From: Candidatus Latescibacterota bacterium
GTDB lineage: Bacteria; Krumholzibacteriota; Krumholzibacteriia; WVZY01
Assembly (NCBI GenBank): GCA_963791045.1
Contig: CAWBQK010000017.1
Coordinates: forward strand, 204,078-268,077
Direction of reading: 5' to 3'
Length of the DNA stretch: 64,000 bases
A program made the translations under genes and the position numbers. Shown piece after piece: positions 17,028 through 26,382 of this stretch; position 1 is the first letter of the stretch, and each line of letters opens with the position of its first letter. The notes beneath the pieces were generated by a model. That model ran no database searches. It was not told the origin of the DNA and was given only the letters and a program-made list of their open reading frames with translations.

Positions 17028-18509
17028 TTGAACGAAAAAAGACTACAATTTATCTCCGTTACGGAAGACCCGACAATAAGCCAGGTTCTCCACGATCTGG
17101 CCACCGGTGATCCGTGGAACTTTGTGTTGTTCCAGGACCCCGCCCGCGTGTTCTCCGCCGCGTTCGACACGGTGGATCTTCTGCTGCTCGATGAGGCCGC
17201 CACCGGCGCCAACTATTCCACAATTGTTAAGAAAGCGCGAAAGCGGTTCCCAGGCGCCGATATCACGGTTATCGGCGGGCCAAAGTCCGATGACGTACGG
17301 GATTCCGACCGACGCGACGGCGTGGATTACTACGTCGAGCGTCCATTTGATGACGGTCGATTGATGTCGGTGCTCGACCACCGCAGGAAGATCGCGGAGC
17401 TGAAGTCATCGGCGGGTATTATCGGCCGGTCGAAACAAATTGAAGATATTATTGAAGCGATTCTCCAGGTGGGCCCGACCGTGGTCCCGATCCTGATTGA
17501 GGGCGAGAGCGGCACGGGGAAGGATGTGGTTGCGCGCGCGATTCATCAGGCGAGCCGTCGTCGCGACAAACCGTACGTGGCTATTAACTGTGCGTCGTTG
17601 GCCGAAGGGGTTCTGGAGAGCGAGCTGTTCGGGCATGAGAAGGGTGCTTTCACCGGGGCGGTTTCGCAGCGGGCAGGAGTTTTCGAAAGAGCTGATAACG
17701 GGACGATTTTCCTCGACGAAGTCGGAGAGATGAGCCCCAATATGCAGGTGCGTTTGTTGAGGGTGCTCGAGTCTGGTGAAATCCTTCGGGTTGGCGGGGT
17801 CAAGGGATTCACGGTTGATGTTCGGGTTGTGGCCGCCACTAACAAGAGTCTCGCCCAGGCGGTCGAAGATCGGAGCTTCCGACAGGATCTCTACTACCGT
17901 TTGAAGGGTGTCAATTTTGTTCTGCCGCCGCTTCGCGTGCGGAAAGACGACATACCTGTCCTCGCCGAACATTTCTTGAAAGAGGCGAACCGCAAACACG
18001 GCAAAGATGTCAGAGTTATTGAAAAAGACGGGTTAAGACGGTTGACGGCGTACGAGTGGCCCGGGAATATACGCGAATTGAAGAACGTGATGGACACTGT
18101 CGTTGCGCTGGCGGCGGACGGACGGATTTCGCGGGAGTTGATTGAAACACAGATCCCGGAAGGCGACGACCGGGAGACCACTCTGTTGCCCGTGCCTCTC
18201 AACCGCACGAAAGAAGAGGCGGAGAGGGAGATGATCTACGCGTCGATCCTGGCGATGCACAGGGATGTGCGCGAAGTACTGGGCCTGGTTCGGGGCGCGA
18301 TGACAGGGCGTCCGCTGGAGAGCATGAAAGAGGTGCATCCGGAGGGGGGCGTGTACGAGACCGAGGTCCAGTCGTTGTCCCGTATCGAACGCGCGGCGAT
18401 CCAGGAGGCGCTCCGTGCCGGTGACGGCAACCGAAGGAAAGCGGCCGAAATGCTTGGCATATCAGAACGTACGCTCTACCGGAAGATCAAGGAGTACGGG
18501 CTGGTCTAG
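17028..18509 (+). CDS. sigma-54-dependent transcriptional activator with degenerate N-terminal receiver-like domain
   Basis: AAA+ core GESGTGKD, canonical GAFTGA, IFLDEVGEM, HTH AAEMLGISERTLYRKI. The N-domain keeps DLLLLDE but has ERPF where receivers have KP and lacks the N-terminal acidic pair. Confidence 0.9.
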   Translation: MNEKRLQFISVTEDPTISQVLHDLATGDPWNFVLFQDPARVFSAAFDTVDLLLLDEAATGANYSTIVKKARKRFPGADITVIGGPKSDDVRDSDRRDGVDYYVERPFDDGRLMSVLDHRRKIAELKSSAGIIGRSKQIEDIIEAILQVGPTVVPILIEGESGTGKDVVARAIHQASRRRDKPYVAINCASLAEGVLESELFGHEKGAFTGAVSQRAGVFERADNGTIFLDEVGEMSPNMQVRLLRVLESGEILRVGGVKGFTVDVRVVAATNKSLAQAVEDRSFRQDLYYRLKGVNFVLPPLRVRKDDIPVLAEHFLKEANRKHGKDVRVIEKDGLRRLTAYEWPGNIRELKNVMDTVVALAADGRISRELIETQIPEGDDRETTLLPVPLNRTKEEAEREMIYASILAMHRDVREVLGLVRGAMTGRPLESMKEVHPEGGVYETEVQSLSRIERAAIQEALRAGDGNRRKAAEMLGISERTLYRKIKEYGLV

Positions 18510-18519
18510 GAATTTGCTT

Positions 18520-18549
18520 TTGACAGGGGGGGCGGTGGTTGCGTATACT
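18520..18549 (+). promoter_or_regulatory. candidate sigma-70-type promoter (TTGACA, 18 nt, TATACT) for the PorV-like gene
   Basis: TTGACA 18520-18525, TATACT 18544-18549. Pattern only. Confidence 0.45.
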
Positions 18550-18661
18550 TACGTGGTAAGCGCCTGCTTCCTGATCCCCCCTGAATCCTTGTAGAAAGTT
18601 GGTCTATGCTCATCTGGTAACGGCTTTGAAACCAAGGATTCCTTCAACCTCTCAAGGGCTT

Positions 18662-19696
18662 ATGCGATACAAATACAACGTTTCTCTGATAATGATCGTT
18701 CTGGTGTGCCTGCTGATTGGGGCGCCGAACCAGGCCGTGGCCAAGAAATTTGCCGGGGAATTCATGGCGAGCGGGGGTGGGGCGCGAGCGCTGGGGATGG
18801 GCGGCGCGTTTGCGGGGATCGCGAACGATGCGTCAACGCTTTACTGGAACCCTGCAGGGATTTCGGGTTTTGAAAAACGCCAGGCGCTATTTATGCACTC
18901 GGAACGGTTTGGTGACCTGGTAAATTACAACTTCGCTTCCTTCGTTTCCCCGACGACGTCGTTTGTGTCCGAAGAACGTGAGGCGTCGTTTGGTCTGGCG
19001 CTGATTCACCTGGGCGTCGACGATATCCCGATAACCAGTCATCTTCAATACGAAGAAAGAAACGGCACGCCTGGTTTCCAGCCTGAAGAGGGTGACCGTC
19101 TGCTTTACGATGCGGACGCACTCCCCAAGGAAGGGAACAACGACTTCGCGCTATACGGTTCGTTTGCCCTCAAGACCGCACACGGACGGGTTGGGGGCAC
19201 GGTTAAACTTATTTACACAAATGCCGTGGCGGGATATTCGGCGACCGGGATCGGGTTGGATCTGGGTTACCTCAAGCATGACCTGTTTGTGGAGCGTCTC
19301 GACGTCGGTCTCAAGCTCCAGGACATCACGGGTACATACATCAGTTGGAGTACCGGGACGAACGAGTTTATCGCGCCGTCGGTCAAACTCGGGTTGGCTT
19401 ACCAGATCCCCGCGCCGAGTCTGAACGCCGCGCTCATCGTCGCGGCGGATGGTGATTTCTTCTTCGAGGACAGACGTGGGGCGTCACAGTTCTGGGTGGA
19501 GACATTCTCGACCGATCTTCATCTCGGGGCGGAATTGATTCTCCAGGACAAGGTGATGGTCAGGGGCGGTCTTGATTCTGGTAACGCGACGGTGGGTGCG
19601 GGTTTCCGGGTTGGAATCATCGGACTCGATTATGCTTATCTTCACCACGATGATTTCGAAGCGACACACCGCGTGTCGGGCCAGGTTGATTTCTAA
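18662..19696 (+). CDS. PorV/PorQ-family outer-membrane beta-barrel protein
   Basis: Start moved to MRYKYNVSLIMIVLVCLLIGAPNQAVA (signal peptide). ARALGMGGAFAGIANDASTLYWNPAGIS is the PorV/FadL-like N-terminal motif. Alternating beta-strand pattern; C-terminal ...HRVSGQVDF ends in an aromatic residue. Confidence 0.75.
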   Translation: MRYKYNVSLIMIVLVCLLIGAPNQAVAKKFAGEFMASGGGARALGMGGAFAGIANDASTLYWNPAGISGFEKRQALFMHSERFGDLVNYNFASFVSPTTSFVSEEREASFGLALIHLGVDDIPITSHLQYEERNGTPGFQPEEGDRLLYDADALPKEGNNDFALYGSFALKTAHGRVGGTVKLIYTNAVAGYSATGIGLDLGYLKHDLFVERLDVGLKLQDITGTYISWSTGTNEFIAPSVKLGLAYQIPAPSLNAALIVAADGDFFFEDRRGASQFWVETFSTDLHLGAELILQDKVMVRGGLDSGNATVGAGFRVGIIGLDYAYLHHDDFEATHRVSGQVDF

Positions 19697-19720
19697 ACAA
19701 ACGAATATTGAGACCATGGA

Positions 19721-19758
19721 AAAGGCCGGCGGATCCAAACGATCGCCGGCCTTTTTTT
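19721..19758. terminator. bidirectional Rho-independent terminator between convergent genes
   Basis: AAA-GGCCGGCG (19724-19731) / 12-nt loop / CGCCGGCC (19744-19751), then TTTTTTT (19752-19758). A-run upstream makes it symmetric. Confidence 0.85.
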
Positions 19759-19784
19759 GTGGACGTTTGCCCTGCGTTTTATCT

Positions 19785-21635
19785 TTATTTCTTTTGCCAG
19801 ATTTCGAGCACGTCGCCTGGGTGTATGATCGACTTCCGCGACTTGGAATTCCAAGTGATGAGGTCAACCATCCCGACGTTGAATTTCCGGCTGATCGAGT
19901 AGAAGGTGTCGCCTTTTCTTACCGTGTAATTGCTTCTGACGAAATCCGTCTCGCTGGGTTTTGAGTTGCTGGCGACCTGAATCCCGCTTGATTTGTACGA
20001 GTCGGGCACATAGATCGCTATCTTCTGCCCGGGGTGGATATACGATCGGAATGAGAGGTTATTCCACGACCGCAGTTTCTTGGCGCTGGTGTTATAGTCC
20101 TCGGCTATCTGCCCGAGCGTGTCGCCGCCTTTGACGACATAGACAACGCGTTTGTGGTTCGCGGGTGGTTGGTAGCGCTTCGCGTATTTCTCGAGCGCTG
20201 CCTTGTTGATCGTCCGGTGTTTGTCCTTGAATTGCGGCTTCGAGCTCGCCACTTCACTGTACGCGCCCGTCACAGGAACGATAAGTGTTTTTCCCGCGCG
20301 GATTCTATGCGCGTTGTTGATACCGTTGAGCCGCTTAAGGGTTGTGACGGTCGTATGATAATTGGTGGCGATCTGAGAAAGTGTTTCACCCTGGCGTATG
20401 GTGTGCCGTCTCCATGTGACCCGGTCCTCGGGCGGAATGTTGGCGAGCTTGACCGCACATTCGTCGCCGGTTCCTACGGGAACCTTGACGCTGATTTCTG
20501 CTTTCGGCGGAGTGCACCAACGGAGAAGACTGGGGTTGAGATCCATAATGTAGTCGACGGTGGTGTCCGCGGATCGTGCGATTACCTTGACGTCCGTCGC
20601 GTCTTTGACCGTGACCTGGTCAAACTTGACCGGCTCCACTTCGGGTATGGTGAACCCGTACTTCTCGGGTTCTCTCACGATGTACAAAGCGGCGAGGAAT
20701 TTTGGAACGTACCGCTGTGTTTGCCGTGGGAGTTTCAGAGCCCAGAAATCGTCGGTTTTCTGCCGGGCGATGGCTCTGATAACTCGATACTCTCCGCAGT
20801 TGTATGCGGCGAGGGCGAGAAGCCAATCATCCCAGATACCATTCAGATCGTTCAGGTAGTTGCCGGCCGCGTAGGTGGAGGCGACGATATCCCGGCGCTC
20901 GTCATACCACCAGCTCACACGGAGTCCGTACATACGAGCGGTGCCCGCGATAAACTGCCACGGTCCGACGGCGCGTGCGTAGGAACGGGCTTTGAGGTTG
21001 AACCCGCTTTCAATCAGCGCGACACACATCAAATCGTCGTGAAGTCCCAGTTCTCCCAGGATCGGTTCTATGATCGGGCGATACAGTTCCATCCGGTAAA
21101 GCGCTCGTTCAAAACGCTCTTTCCCGGGCCCGGTGAAATATCGAATCCAAAAATCAATTCTGTCGTTTGAAATTACCTCGAAGGGAGAGTTATCGGCGGA
21201 CAAGGCATCGATTTGACTCTGGGTGGCATCTATCTCGGGCCAGTTTTCGATCGAGAGGGCAATGCTGTCCGTCTCGCTCAAATAGGCGTGGCCAAGATCC
21301 GATGCCGGGTAGAGGGCGTCAAGATCGGAAAGGGCCGCGACCAGCTCTTGGAAATCCTGCCGAAAAACCACAGGTGGATGCGAGTCGATCATCGTGTCGA
21401 CATCCTTGTGGAGCGAATCGCGTTCGGTAACGAAGTCCGCAAGATCGCCGAAAGCATAGAGGGCGATGGCGCTGTCGACACGTTCGCGATAACCGGCGAT
21501 TTCGTCGGGATCAAAATCGAGGGTGTGGACGGCGGGGGCTTCGGATACGGGAGAGGTGTTTACGTCGGGTTTAACAGACGAACACCCCCACAACAAGAGT
21601 CCGCCGAGGAGTAAAACAATTATCGATCGGATCAT
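19785..21635 (-). CDS. mltD: membrane-bound lytic murein transglycosylase (MltD-like) with three C-terminal LysM domains
   Basis: Start moved to MIRSIIVLLLGGLLLWGCSS (lipobox). SLT catalytic region VALIESGFNLKARSYARAVGPWQF. Three LysM repeats (HTIRQGETLSQIA.., YVVKGGDTLGQIA.., YTVRKGDTFYSIS..). Confidence 0.9.
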   Translation of the reverse strand: MIRSIIVLLLGGLLLWGCSSVKPDVNTSPVSEAPAVHTLDFDPDEIAGYRERVDSAIALYAFGDLADFVTERDSLHKDVDTMIDSHPPVVFRQDFQELVAALSDLDALYPASDLGHAYLSETDSIALSIENWPEIDATQSQIDALSADNSPFEVISNDRIDFWIRYFTGPGKERFERALYRMELYRPIIEPILGELGLHDDLMCVALIESGFNLKARSYARAVGPWQFIAGTARMYGLRVSWWYDERRDIVASTYAAGNYLNDLNGIWDDWLLALAAYNCGEYRVIRAIARQKTDDFWALKLPRQTQRYVPKFLAALYIVREPEKYGFTIPEVEPVKFDQVTVKDATDVKVIARSADTTVDYIMDLNPSLLRWCTPPKAEISVKVPVGTGDECAVKLANIPPEDRVTWRRHTIRQGETLSQIATNYHTTVTTLKRLNGINNAHRIRAGKTLIVPVTGAYSEVASSKPQFKDKHRTINKAALEKYAKRYQPPANHKRVVYVVKGGDTLGQIAEDYNTSAKKLRSWNNLSFRSYIHPGQKIAIYVPDSYKSSGIQVASNSKPSETDFVRSNYTVRKGDTFYSISRKFNVGMVDLITWNSKSRKSIIHPGDVLEIWQKK

Positions 21636-21731
21636 TCTATGCTCACTTCCGCTGGCCGCACGCTGAGGAAGGCACTCGGAGGCCTCGTGACCGCCCCGGT
21701 TCGGCACCCTGTATGAATTCCGTATGTAAGT

Positions 21732-21761
21732 TGTATAACCCCCGTTCGCAGCAAAATGCAA
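21732..21761 (-). promoter_or_regulatory. candidate promoter for mltD-like gene (TTGCAT, 18 nt, TATACA on minus strand)
   Basis: Plus-strand ATGCAA 21756-21761 and TGTATA 21732-21737. Pattern only. Confidence 0.3.
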
Positions 21762-21836
21762 GCCAAAAAAGGGGATGGGACGGCCCTGGACGCCGAAGAT
21801 CCCGGGGATTAGGGTAGAAACCGCAGGGTCAAATAT

Positions 21837-21844
21837 TGTATAAT
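21837..21844 (+). promoter_or_regulatory. extended -10 element TGTATAAT upstream of the diguanylate cyclase gene
   Basis: Perfect TG-n-TATAAT at 21837-21844, 36 nt before ATG 21880. No good -35. Confidence 0.4.
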
Positions 21845-21879
21845 TAGTTAAGACATAGTTTCATTCTGAAGGTATCGCC

Positions 21880-23250
21880 ATGACACGCATCTTTGAGAAA
21901 AACTACAAATACCTTCTGGCCAATCTTGTGCCCCGCCACAGGCTTTCGGCCGCGCGGCGTAAGCAAGTCGATCGCGCGATCGCTGGTAATGACGCGGTCG
22001 AAATTCGGCTGGCGGCCGTTCTGGCACTCGAAGATCTCTACCAGGCTGAGTACTTCGATCGCTCGCAAACCCATGATGAGAATGGACATGTGGTGCTGAC
22101 CTACGTCCGGAGCAATGGGTCGTACCAGATACGGGTCGTTGTCCCTCGCAACGAGTGGCGGGAGTTGAGCGGGGAGGCGCCGGTTGATCTGCGCGGCAAA
22201 AACGGCGGCGGAGTGATCGAAACCCCTGCTAGTGACACTGAACTCGTTGAAACCACAATAAATATACTTCCCGACATTATCCGGTCATTCTCGATAAACG
22301 GACAGCGCGAATCCACGCTCCAAAGACTGGATGCGGTGATGAAATTCCTGCCGCGGTGGTTTTGTTTTTCTGCCTCGCAGCTGGTGCTCGTCGAGGAGCG
22401 AATCAGCGAGGGAGAAACCCGCGGCGAAATGGTTAACACGACCCCGGAAAAATCTTTCCAAGATACGGTGATTTACCATCGGTGCCGCGAATCGAAACAG
22501 GTCGCCCTCCTCGATTCCACGAGCGCGGCGGCGGTGGGTCTGACGATGCCGAAAGAAGCGGGTGAGAGAAGTGGTGTGGAGCGGGGACAGCTCGCCGTTG
22601 CGCCGGTGTTTCCGTTGGGCGAATTCTGGGGGGTTCTTGAAGTCTGGGTGACGAACGGGGAAAACGGTCCGCTTCTGAGGAAGCGTGTGGAAATAGCGGC
22701 GGGAATGGTCGAACAGATCATAGAGAACACCATCCGGCTTGAGAATATGACTTCGGTGGACAAGCTGACCGGGATCTACAACCGGCAGTTCTACGATCGG
22801 CAGATTCGCATCGAAATGGAAAGGGCAACACGAACGGCGACAAAGCTGTCTCTTCTGGTTGTGGATATTGATGATTTCAAAAAGATAAATGATACGATGG
22901 GACACCGCAGGGGCGATGAGGCTTTGGCCATCGTTGCCGATCTGATCAGCGGCAATTTGCGTAAGATCGATATGCCTTTCCGATACGGTGGAGAGGAATT
23001 TGTTATCCTGCTTCCGGGAACCGACGAGATGGAAGCGGTTCATACTGCCGAGCGTCTTCGTTCGAAGATTGCAGAGTGTGACGAGTTTATCTCCGCCGAA
23101 GGGACGGAACGGCGGATTACGGTGAGCATCGGCGGCGCAGTATTCCCCGATCACGGGCGTACCGAAGAGGAACTGTTTTCACACGCGGATTCCGCGTTGT
23201 ACCTCGCGAAAAGAAAGGGCAAGAACCGGATAGAGTTCACCAAGGAGTAA
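21880..23250 (+). CDS. diguanylate cyclase (GAF-like N-region + GGDEF domain with I-site)
   Basis: 456 aa. DKLTGIYNRQFY, LLVVDIDDFKKINDTMGH, active-site RYGGEEF with RKID (RxxD I-site) five residues upstream. Confidence 0.9.
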   Translation: MTRIFEKNYKYLLANLVPRHRLSAARRKQVDRAIAGNDAVEIRLAAVLALEDLYQAEYFDRSQTHDENGHVVLTYVRSNGSYQIRVVVPRNEWRELSGEAPVDLRGKNGGGVIETPASDTELVETTINILPDIIRSFSINGQRESTLQRLDAVMKFLPRWFCFSASQLVLVEERISEGETRGEMVNTTPEKSFQDTVIYHRCRESKQVALLDSTSAAAVGLTMPKEAGERSGVERGQLAVAPVFPLGEFWGVLEVWVTNGENGPLLRKRVEIAAGMVEQIIENTIRLENMTSVDKLTGIYNRQFYDRQIRIEMERATRTATKLSLLVVDIDDFKKINDTMGHRRGDEALAIVADLISGNLRKIDMPFRYGGEEFVILLPGTDEMEAVHTAERLRSKIAECDEFISAEGTERRITVSIGGAVFPDHGRTEEELFSHADSALYLAKRKGKNRIEFTKE

Positions 23251-23275
23251 AAGGGTAGAGGATTGAAATCGGCCG

Positions 23276-24781
23276 ATGCCGGCTGTGTGGACGTTGGGAG
23301 GATGTGGAATGGTGTGGGTATTGGCGGCGGCGCTTGCCGTGGGCATCACCTGTGACCAGAGGGTTGCGGTGGGTGCCTTTGTTGTTTTTGTGGTGTGGTC
23401 GGTTCGGAGCCGGGCCGGTAAATTGACGGTGGCGGCGTTACTCGTGCTTGCCTTTCTTTTTGGATTATATGGGGCGCTATCGGTCGGGAGTCTCAGATCC
23501 CGAACCGAACTCTTCGAGAGCGCCTTCGCGGGCGGGGATGGACGGGTGGTTGTCGAAGGGTGGGTCTCGAGTTTTCCGGTTTTCCGGTACGGCGGAATGG
23601 CCTTCACCCTGCGGACCCGAATTGATGGCGCGGTAATTAACATACACGTCCGGTCGCGCGAATATATGGTTTCGTACGGCGACAGCGTGCGGGTGACGGG
23701 CCGTTTCTACCGGCCCAAACCGGAGCGGCAGGAGAGTTACGCCAGGTACTTGTTTGGACGCGGATTGTGCGGCGAAGTCCGACTGGACCGGGGAGGTATC
23801 GAAGGTCTCGGAAGCAAAAATGGTTCCTGGGTCGAACGATCGATCCTCTGGCCGGCGCACGATCGCATGAGGCGGATGGCCAACCGGTCGATCGGTTCGC
23901 GGTGCGGAATCGCGATCGCTCTGCTCCTGGGCGAAAAAGGGTATCTCGAGCGCGGCACGAGACAAGCGTTCGTCGGACTGGGACTATCGCACCTGCTTGC
24001 CCTCAGCGGGCTTCATCTCGGTTTTGTCGCCGGCGCGATCTTACTCGCGTTCCGACTTGTACGGCGCCGGAGCGGTTTCGTTCTCCTTTTGTGTCTCGCT
24101 CTCTACGTCGGGGTTGTCGGCTGCATCATGTCATTGTACCGGGCATTCGTCATGGCGGCGGCGCTCGTGACCGCCGCTGGAATCAAACGGCCGATGGACC
24201 CTTTGCGTGCGTTGGCCAACGCATTTGTGGTTGTTCTTCTTGGGTTTCCGTTCTCCTTCTATTCGGTTGGTTTCCAACTCTCGTTTTTGGCAACGCTTGG
24301 GGTGCTGCTACAGGTTCGCGGTATGTCCACTCCGAAGTCAAAAGGATGGCCGGGGCGGTTTTGGTTCTGGATTCGATCGTCACTGTCGGTGAGCCTCGCC
24401 GCCCAGGCGATTGTGGCTCCGCTTGTTCTTTCCTACTTCGGCAAGATGAGCTTGCTTTCCCCCGTCGCCACTCTGATATTTGTCCTTCCAGTGGGCGCTC
24501 TCCTTATCGGTCTGGGAGTCGCCGCCGTCGTATCGTTATTGGTCCCGGCGGCCGAGGGGCTGTTGTTTGGCGGACTGGGTTGGGTGTTGGACGTCTTTCG
24601 GCAGGTCCTCTTAAAAATCTCAGACGTCAGTCCGGAGCCCGCAGTGATTCCGGTCCCCGGGCCGTGGCTCTATTATGCGGGGGTAGCGTTGATTCTTGTC
24701 GGACGTGCGGGCCGTGTGCGAAAAATGGCAGGCGTATGCATCATAGGCGCGTCGTTATGCCTTTCGTATACAGCGCGTTAA
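23276..24781 (+). CDS. comEC: ComEC/Rec2-family DNA internalisation channel protein (no beta-lactamase-like domain)
   Basis: 501-aa polytopic membrane protein containing the competence-domain signature GLSHLLALSGLHLG. Confidence 0.8.
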   Translation: MPAVWTLGGCGMVWVLAAALAVGITCDQRVAVGAFVVFVVWSVRSRAGKLTVAALLVLAFLFGLYGALSVGSLRSRTELFESAFAGGDGRVVVEGWVSSFPVFRYGGMAFTLRTRIDGAVINIHVRSREYMVSYGDSVRVTGRFYRPKPERQESYARYLFGRGLCGEVRLDRGGIEGLGSKNGSWVERSILWPAHDRMRRMANRSIGSRCGIAIALLLGEKGYLERGTRQAFVGLGLSHLLALSGLHLGFVAGAILLAFRLVRRRSGFVLLLCLALYVGVVGCIMSLYRAFVMAAALVTAAGIKRPMDPLRALANAFVVVLLGFPFSFYSVGFQLSFLATLGVLLQVRGMSTPKSKGWPGRFWFWIRSSLSVSLAAQAIVAPLVLSYFGKMSLLSPVATLIFVLPVGALLIGLGVAAVVSLLVPAAEGLLFGGLGWVLDVFRQVLLKISDVSPEPAVIPVPGPWLYYAGVALILVGRAGRVRKMAGVCIIGASLCLSYTAR

Positions 24782-24847
24782 CTTTTTTAATGCAGGCGTC
24801 AGAACCAGGTGCTATAGTGGCGTTCTCTTTTCACGATGGGAGTGCCG

Positions 24848-25468
24848 ATGTCGGATAAAACGTGCAATGTTGGTATTCTCGCTTCGGGCCGCGGCAGCAA
24901 CTTCCAGGCGATAGCCGAAGCCTGCCGCGACGAACGGTTTCCAGCGCGGGTGGTGTGCCTTATAACGGACAACCCCGACGCCGGAGCGCTCGGGATTGCC
25001 AGCTCGCTTGGAATTCCGAGTTTTGTCGTTCCGGTCACCGAAAAAAAAGGGCGGCTGCCGCATGAAGCGGAAGAAAGAATGACCAAAATTTGCGCGGACC
25101 ACGATGTCAATCTTATCGCGCTCGCCGGTTTTATGAGAATTCTGAAAGGTCCGCTCCTGGACGATTATGAAGACCGGGTGATGAACATCCATCCGGCGAT
25201 TCTACCGAGCTTCAAGGGCCTTCATTCGGCGCGGCAGGCGATTGAGTACGGGGTGAAAGTGTCGGGGTGTACGGTTCATTTTGTGGACCGGAGCATCGAT
25301 GGGGGCGCCATTATTATCCAGGCTACGGTGCCCGTCGATCACACCGACGCTGAAGACGATCTGCTCGCCAAAATCCATGTTGTTGAACACAAAAGTTATG
25401 TCGAGGCCGTCAAATTGTTTGCGCAAGGACGACTCGAAATCAATGGCCGGCGGGTATTGATCCGCTGA
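24848..25468 (+). CDS. purN: phosphoribosylglycinamide formyltransferase
   Basis: VGILASGRGSNFQAI, NIHPAILPSFKGLH, GCTVHFVD. Start could also be ATG 24836. Confidence 0.9.
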   Translation: MSDKTCNVGILASGRGSNFQAIAEACRDERFPARVVCLITDNPDAGALGIASSLGIPSFVVPVTEKKGRLPHEAEERMTKICADHDVNLIALAGFMRILKGPLLDDYEDRVMNIHPAILPSFKGLHSARQAIEYGVKVSGCTVHFVDRSIDGGAIIIQATVPVDHTDAEDDLLAKIHVVEHKSYVEAVKLFAQGRLEINGRRVLIR

Positions 25469-25482
25469 TTCGGAGGAGGATC

Positions 25483-26382
25483 ATGGCAAACGTATTGATG
25501 AGAACCGACGACCACGGTCTGGTTCCTGATATGAGCGGCAAGGTGAGAGACATTTTTGATCTCGACGATCATCTTTTGATCGTCACGTCCGACAGGGTCA
25601 GCGCCTACGATTCCATTCTCCCGACGCCGGTGCCGGGAAAGGGAATCATCCTCACACAGATGACGCTCGGCTGGTATGACTATTTCGCCGGAAGACTGAA
25701 AACACACTTTGTCAGTGCGGATGTTGATGATTTCCCCGGCAAATTCAAGGGACGGAGCGAGCTGGCCGGCAGGAGCATGCTCGTCAAAAAGGCCGCCCGC
25801 TTCGATGTCGAATGCGTGGTTCGCGGGTACCTGGTGGGGTCCGGCTGGAAGGAATACAAACAGACCGGCGAGGTATGCGGGATCAAGTTGCCGGAAGGAC
25901 TCGTGGAAGCATCTCTTCTCGCGGAGCCAATTTTTACGCCGGCCACAAAGGCGGATGACGGCCACGACGAGAATATCTCACTCGAGGTTATGAAGGAGAT
26001 CGTGCCCGCCGACGTTGCGGACCGCCTGGCGGCAATGAGTATCGATATATACAACGAAGCTCATGCCTATGCCCGCGACCGCGGAATCATTCTCGCCGAC
26101 ACCAAATTTGAATTTGGCGAACTCGGTGGCGAAATCATCATGATCGACGAAATGCTTTCTCCCGATTCGTCACGGTTCTGGCCCGCGGACGAGTACGAAC
26201 CGGGACGCGCGCAAATGAGTTTCGACAAACAGTTCGTTCGTGATTATCTCGACAACGTGGGCTGGGATCATGATCCTCCGGCGCCGGGTCTGCCCGCCGA
26301 AGTGGTCGAGAAAACCGTCGAAAGATATAGAGAAGCATGCAGTCAGCTGTTTCCTGACATAAACCTGGAGAAGTATCTGTGA
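25483..26382 (+). CDS. purC: phosphoribosylaminoimidazole-succinocarboxamide (SAICAR) synthase
   Basis: 299 aa. GKVRDIFD, LIVTSDRVSAYD, GYLVGSGWKEY, ILADTKFEFG. Confidence 0.9.
   Translation: MANVLMRTDDHGLVPDMSGKVRDIFDLDDHLLIVTSDRVSAYDSILPTPVPGKGIILTQMTLGWYDYFAGRLKTHFVSADVDDFPGKFKGRSELAGRSMLVKKAARFDVECVVRGYLVGSGWKEYKQTGEVCGIKLPEGLVEASLLAEPIFTPATKADDGHDENISLEVMKEIVPADVADRLAAMSIDIYNEAHAYARDRGIILADTKFEFGELGGEIIMIDEMLSPDSSRFWPADEYEPGRAQMSFDKQFVRDYLDNVGWDHDPPAPGLPAEVVEKTVERYREACSQLFPDINLEKYL

Noticed and set aside
18554-18567. Sigma-54 promoter look-alikes TGGTAAGCGCCTGC (18554-18567) and TGGCAAAAATCTGC (33458-33471)
   Set aside because: Both have 9 nt between the GG and GC dinucleotides instead of the strictly required 10.
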